Source: an uncultured Actinomycetes bacterium (lineage in GTDB: Bacteria; Actinomycetota; UBA4738; HRBIN12). From it: a stretch of 64,000 nucleotides of DNA. Made by a program: the position numbers and the translations under genes. Of the stretch, positions 60,982 to 64,000 are shown in pieces. The notes below the pieces were generated by a model, which searched no databases, had not been told where the DNA came from, and saw only the letters and a program-made list of their open reading frames with translations. Each line of letters begins with the position of its first letter. Within the stretch, counting starts at the first letter, position 1. Where the stretch lies: positions 1,536,001-1,600,000 of the forward strand of contig OY969934.1 of assembly GCA_963704725.1 (NCBI GenBank), read 5' to 3'.

Positions 60982-61007
60982 GACGCCCGAACGGGCTCGG
61001 GGGTTGT
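60982..61007 (-). promoter_or_regulatory. Putative ECF promoter ACAACC-N16-CGTC
   Basis: AAC...CGTC motif directly upstream of the ECF sigma gene. Confidence 0.5.
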
Positions 61008-61024
61008 CGTGCGGGCCGAGGTCG

Positions 61025-61051
61025 CTAGCACTCTCGGGGGTAGACTGCCAA
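61025..61051 (+). promoter_or_regulatory. CIRCE operator (HrcA binding site)
   Basis: CTAGCACTC-N9-GACTGCCAA versus consensus TTAGCACTC-N9-GAGTGCTAA; overlaps the TAGACT -10 upstream of hrcA. Confidence 0.88.
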
Positions 61052-61057
61052 ACGGCC

Positions 61058-62098
61058 ATGGCGGAACGAGATCTCGGACAGCGCAAGGTCGCCGTCCTGC
61101 GCGCCGTCGTCGAGGAGTACGTCCGCAGCGGCGAGCCCGTGGGGAGCGAGACGATCGCGGAGCGGTCGGGCCTCGGCGTGTCCGCGGCCACGATCCGCAA
61201 CGAGCTCGCCGCGCTCGAGGAGCTCGGCTACCTCATGCACCCGCACACCTCGGCCGGCCGCATCCCGACCGACGCCGGCTACCGCAAGTACGTCGACACC
61301 CTGCCTCCCGGGGGCCGCCTGCGCGACGCGCAGCGCCGGGCCATCGCCGGGTTCTTCGCCGAGACGATGATCGACCTCGAGGAGGTCCTCAAGGGAACGA
61401 CCCAGCTCCTGTCGCGCGTGACCCAGTACGCCGGTCTCGCGGTGCCGCCGTCGGGCTCGGACGAGCTGATCCTGCGGACCGAGATCCTCGAGGTGGGGTC
61501 GGGGCTGATGATCTTGGTCATCGGGCAGCAGGGCCGGGTGGACAAGGCGATGATCGACCGCCCCGAGGACCTCGACGGCGACGTCCTGACGGGTCTGGAT
61601 CGCAAGCTGCGCGCGATGTTCCGCGGCAAGAGCGTGGCGGGCGCGCGTGCCGAGGCGCTCAAGGCCGCCCCGACCGCCGCGGGGACCGAGCGCGCCCTCC
61701 TCGTCGCGGCGGCCGACGCGTTCGGCCTCCTGCAACAGGGGGGAGGCGCCCACCACGTCCTGATCGGCGGCGTGGCGAACCTGGCGGACGAGGCGGCTCA
61801 CTGGCGCCGGGAGACGGTGCGCCGGCTCTTCGAGGCGCTCGAGCACGAGTCGGGGATGCTGGAGCTGTTGCAGGACGTGACGATCGATGAGGACGTGAAC
61901 GTGACGATCGGCGCCGAGCACCCGCAGACCGGGGATTGGGACGCCTCGATCGTGTCCGCCCCGTTCCGCGCCGGCGTGACCGCGCTCGGCACGGTGGGCG
62001 TCGTGGGGCCGACGGCGATGGACTACGTCTCGGTGATGGCCTCCGTCCGGGCCGTCGCCCGCCGCCTGTCGGAGCTCGCCACGGAGCTCGGCGCGTAG
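61058..62098 (+). CDS. hrcA: Heat-inducible transcription repressor HrcA
   Basis: EPVGS, SAATIRNE, PHTSAGRIPTDAGYR, GVVGPT.MDY. Confidence 0.95.
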   Translation: MAERDLGQRKVAVLRAVVEEYVRSGEPVGSETIAERSGLGVSAATIRNELAALEELGYLMHPHTSAGRIPTDAGYRKYVDTLPPGGRLRDAQRRAIAGFFAETMIDLEEVLKGTTQLLSRVTQYAGLAVPPSGSDELILRTEILEVGSGLMILVIGQQGRVDKAMIDRPEDLDGDVLTGLDRKLRAMFRGKSVAGARAEALKAAPTAAGTERALLVAAADAFGLLQQGGGAHHVLIGGVANLADEAAHWRRETVRRLFEALEHESGMLELLQDVTIDEDVNVTIGAEHPQTGDWDASIVSAPFRAGVTALGTVGVVGPTAMDYVSVMASVRAVARRLSELATELGA

Positions 62099-62104
62099 CG
62101 CTTC

Positions 62105-63208
62105 ATGGCCGGGATCCGCGACCTGTACGAGATCCTCGGCGTCGCCCACGACGCCTCGGAGGAGGACATCAAGAAGGCGTACCGGCGGCTGGCGCGCGAG
62201 CATCACCCCGACGTGAATCCGGATCCCGCAGCCGAGGAGCGCTTCAAGGAGGTCGTGGCCGCCTACGAGATCCTGTCCGATCCGCAGAAGCGCCAGCAGT
62301 ACGACGTCTACGGTCAGGGGCGAGGCCAGATGGACTTCCCCTTCGGCGACGTGGCCGACCTGTTCGAGACGTTCTTCGGCCAGGGGACGTTCGGCCGGGG
62401 GACGCGGACGAGGCGCGGGCGGACCGAGCACGGCGAGGATCTGTTCGCCGAGGTCCGCCTGTCGTTCCGGGAGGCGGTGTTCGGCGTTCGGCGCGACGTC
62501 CCCGTGGCTCGGATGGAACCGTGCGACCGATGCTCGGGAACGGGCGCCGAGCCCGGGACCGCGCCGCAGCGCTGCCGGACCTGCGGAGGGACGGGGCAGG
62601 TGCAGGACGTCCGCCGGAGCATCTTCGGCACGGTCATGACGGCGCACGCGTGCTCGGCCTGCCGGGGAACCGGAGAGGAGATCCTGACGCCGTGCGAGCG
62701 GTGCGCCGGGCGCGGGCGCGTGGCCTCCCAGACTACGGTGGCCGTCGACGTGCCCGCCGGGGTGTCGGACGGGCTCGATCTCCGCATCGCCGGCGCCGGC
62801 CACTCGGGCCGCGCGGGCGGCAGCCGCGGTGACCTGTACCTCTCGATCGCGGTCGAGGAGGACCCCGTCTTCGAGCGGCGCGGCACGGACCTGTTCGCGG
62901 TCCTCGAGGTTCCGATGACCCAGGCCGCCCTCGGAGCGGAGGTCGAGTTCGAGACGCTCGACGGCCAGGAGCGGGTCGAGGTCGAGCCGGGCACCCCGTC
63001 CGGCACGACCCACCGGCTCCGGGGCCAGGGCGTGCCCAACATCGGGCGGCGGGGGCGGGGCGACCTGTTCCTCACGATCCAGGTCGTCACGCCGACGCCG
63101 GGCTCGAAGGAGGAACGCCGCCTCCTCGAGCAGCTCGCGGGGCTGCGGGGCGAGCCGGCCGGCAAGCGAGCCACGGCGAAGGCGGAGCTCCGGAGGCGGC
63201 GCGGATGA
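62105..63208 (+). CDS. dnaJ: Chaperone DnaJ
   Basis: J-domain with HPD; four CxxCxGxG repeats. Confidence 0.95.
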   Translation: MAGIRDLYEILGVAHDASEEDIKKAYRRLAREHHPDVNPDPAAEERFKEVVAAYEILSDPQKRQQYDVYGQGRGQMDFPFGDVADLFETFFGQGTFGRGTRTRRGRTEHGEDLFAEVRLSFREAVFGVRRDVPVARMEPCDRCSGTGAEPGTAPQRCRTCGGTGQVQDVRRSIFGTVMTAHACSACRGTGEEILTPCERCAGRGRVASQTTVAVDVPAGVSDGLDLRIAGAGHSGRAGGSRGDLYLSIAVEEDPVFERRGTDLFAVLEVPMTQAALGAEVEFETLDGQERVEVEPGTPSGTTHRLRGQGVPNIGRRGRGDLFLTIQVVTPTPGSKEERRLLEQLAGLRGEPAGKRATAKAELRRRRG

Positions 63209-63552
63209 GCAGCAGCTGCCTGTTCTGCCGGATCGTCGCCGGTGAGGAGCCCGCGGACGTCCTTTACGAGACCGAGACCGTGCTGGCCTTCCGCGACATC
63301 CGGCCGCAGGCGCCGGTGCACGTTCTGCTGATCCCCAAGGAGCACGTCGTCTCGGCGGCGGACGTGCAGGAGCGGCACGGCGCCGTCCTCGCCGACCTCC
63401 TCCAGGCGGCGCAGCAGGTCGCGCGGGCGGAGCGGGTCGCCGAGCGGGGTTGGCGCCTGGTCACCAACATCGGCCGCGAGGGCGGGCAGCACGTGTTCCA
63501 CCTGCATCTCCACCTGCTCGGCGGACGCGCGATGGGGTGGCCTCCCGGTTGA
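63205..63552 (+). CDS. HIT family (histidine triad nucleotide-binding) protein
   Basis: [28 protein letters not shown]. Confidence 0.93.
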   Translation: MSSSCLFCRIVAGEEPADVLYETETVLAFRDIRPQAPVHVLLIPKEHVVSAADVQERHGAVLADLLQAAQQVARAERVAERGWRLVTNIGREGGQHVFHLHLHLLGGRAMGWPPG

Positions 63553-63686
63553 GCGGGCGGCGATCGAAGGGGAACGCTGGGAGCGGCCTCCCGGCCCGGG
63601 GTAGAATCCAGGATCGGGTTGGGAACGTCGGTCGACGTCCCGATCACCAACGAGGAGGAGCGGGGGGACCACCCCAAGACCAACGT

Positions 63687-64000
63687 TTGGCGAGAGCCAC
63701 CACGCACGTCAAGATCTTGGTCCCGGGAGACCAGAGCATGGTCGCCCTCCTCGGACAGCGCGACGAGCTGCTCAAGCTCGTCGAGGCCGCCTTCGATTCC
63801 GAGATCATCGTCCGGGGCAACGAGATCACGATCACCGGCCCCGAACGCGAGAGCGAGCGCGTCGGTCTGCTGTTCGAGGAGCTGATCGGGCTGCTCGAGA
63901 AGGGACACGAGCTCAACGCGTCCTCCGTCGGCCGCTCGATCGAGCTGATCAAGGGCGAGGAGGCCCGGCCCACCGAGGTGCTCGGCGACCTGCTCCTCAC
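63687..64000 (+). CDS. phoH: PhoH-family protein, N-terminal part; runs off the window edge
   Basis: Manual translation from TTG 63687: MVALLGQRDELLKLVE...IIVRGNEITITG (KH-like N-terminus); usual position after dnaJ/HIT. Confidence 0.75.
   Translation, partial: MARATTHVKILVPGDQSMVALLGQRDELLKLVEAAFDSEIIVRGNEITITGPERESERVGLLFEELIGLLEKGHELNASSVGRSIELIKGEEARPTEVLGDLLL

Overview
High-GC chromosome segment of an actinobacterium, probably a deep-branching lineage: it has an mreBCD-pbp2-rodA elongasome, a dissociated FAS-II operon, archaeal-type ValRS and many apparently leaderless genes. Most of the window is housekeeping: CcmA-like ABC ATPase (partial), tRNA-Pro, hisN, tig-clpP-clpX, valS-folC-ndk, fabD-fabH-fabG-acpP-fabF, mreBCD-mrdA-rodA, rne-rplU-rpmA-obgE, nadD-LCP-rsfS-tRNA-Ala, leuS, tpl, comEA-comEC-holA, rpsT, lepA-hemW, hrcA(CIRCE)-dnaJ-HIT-phoH (partial). 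An accessory hotspot lies between tRNA-Ala(GGC) and leuS (about 34.4-45.9 kb). It begins with a decayed integrative element (34360-38535) inserted at the 3' end of the tRNA. Its large serine recombinase gene runs through its own attachment site: the integrated gene ends in antisense tRNA sequence, and the excised form would get a different, longer C-terminus. Both junctions can be read from the sequence: a 7-bp GGTCCAC core, 11-bp inverted arms, and the tRNA T-loop GTTCGA sitting 5 bp closer to the core in attB than in attP. An IS256 with no target duplication appears to have collapsed the element, leaving a 5'-truncated orphan ORF and a beta-propeller lipoprotein (possible toxin/immunity pair). 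One intact and one decayed PIN toxin-antitoxin locus follow. Other signals: two sigma28/WhiG-type promoters (one before a diguanylate cyclase), a likely ACG start codon inside the end of obgE, two ECF sigma/anti-sigma modules with putative self-promoters, a cyclase-NTPase-TPR protein and a tyrosine phenol-lyase. All calls come from reading motifs by eye; no database searches were run.
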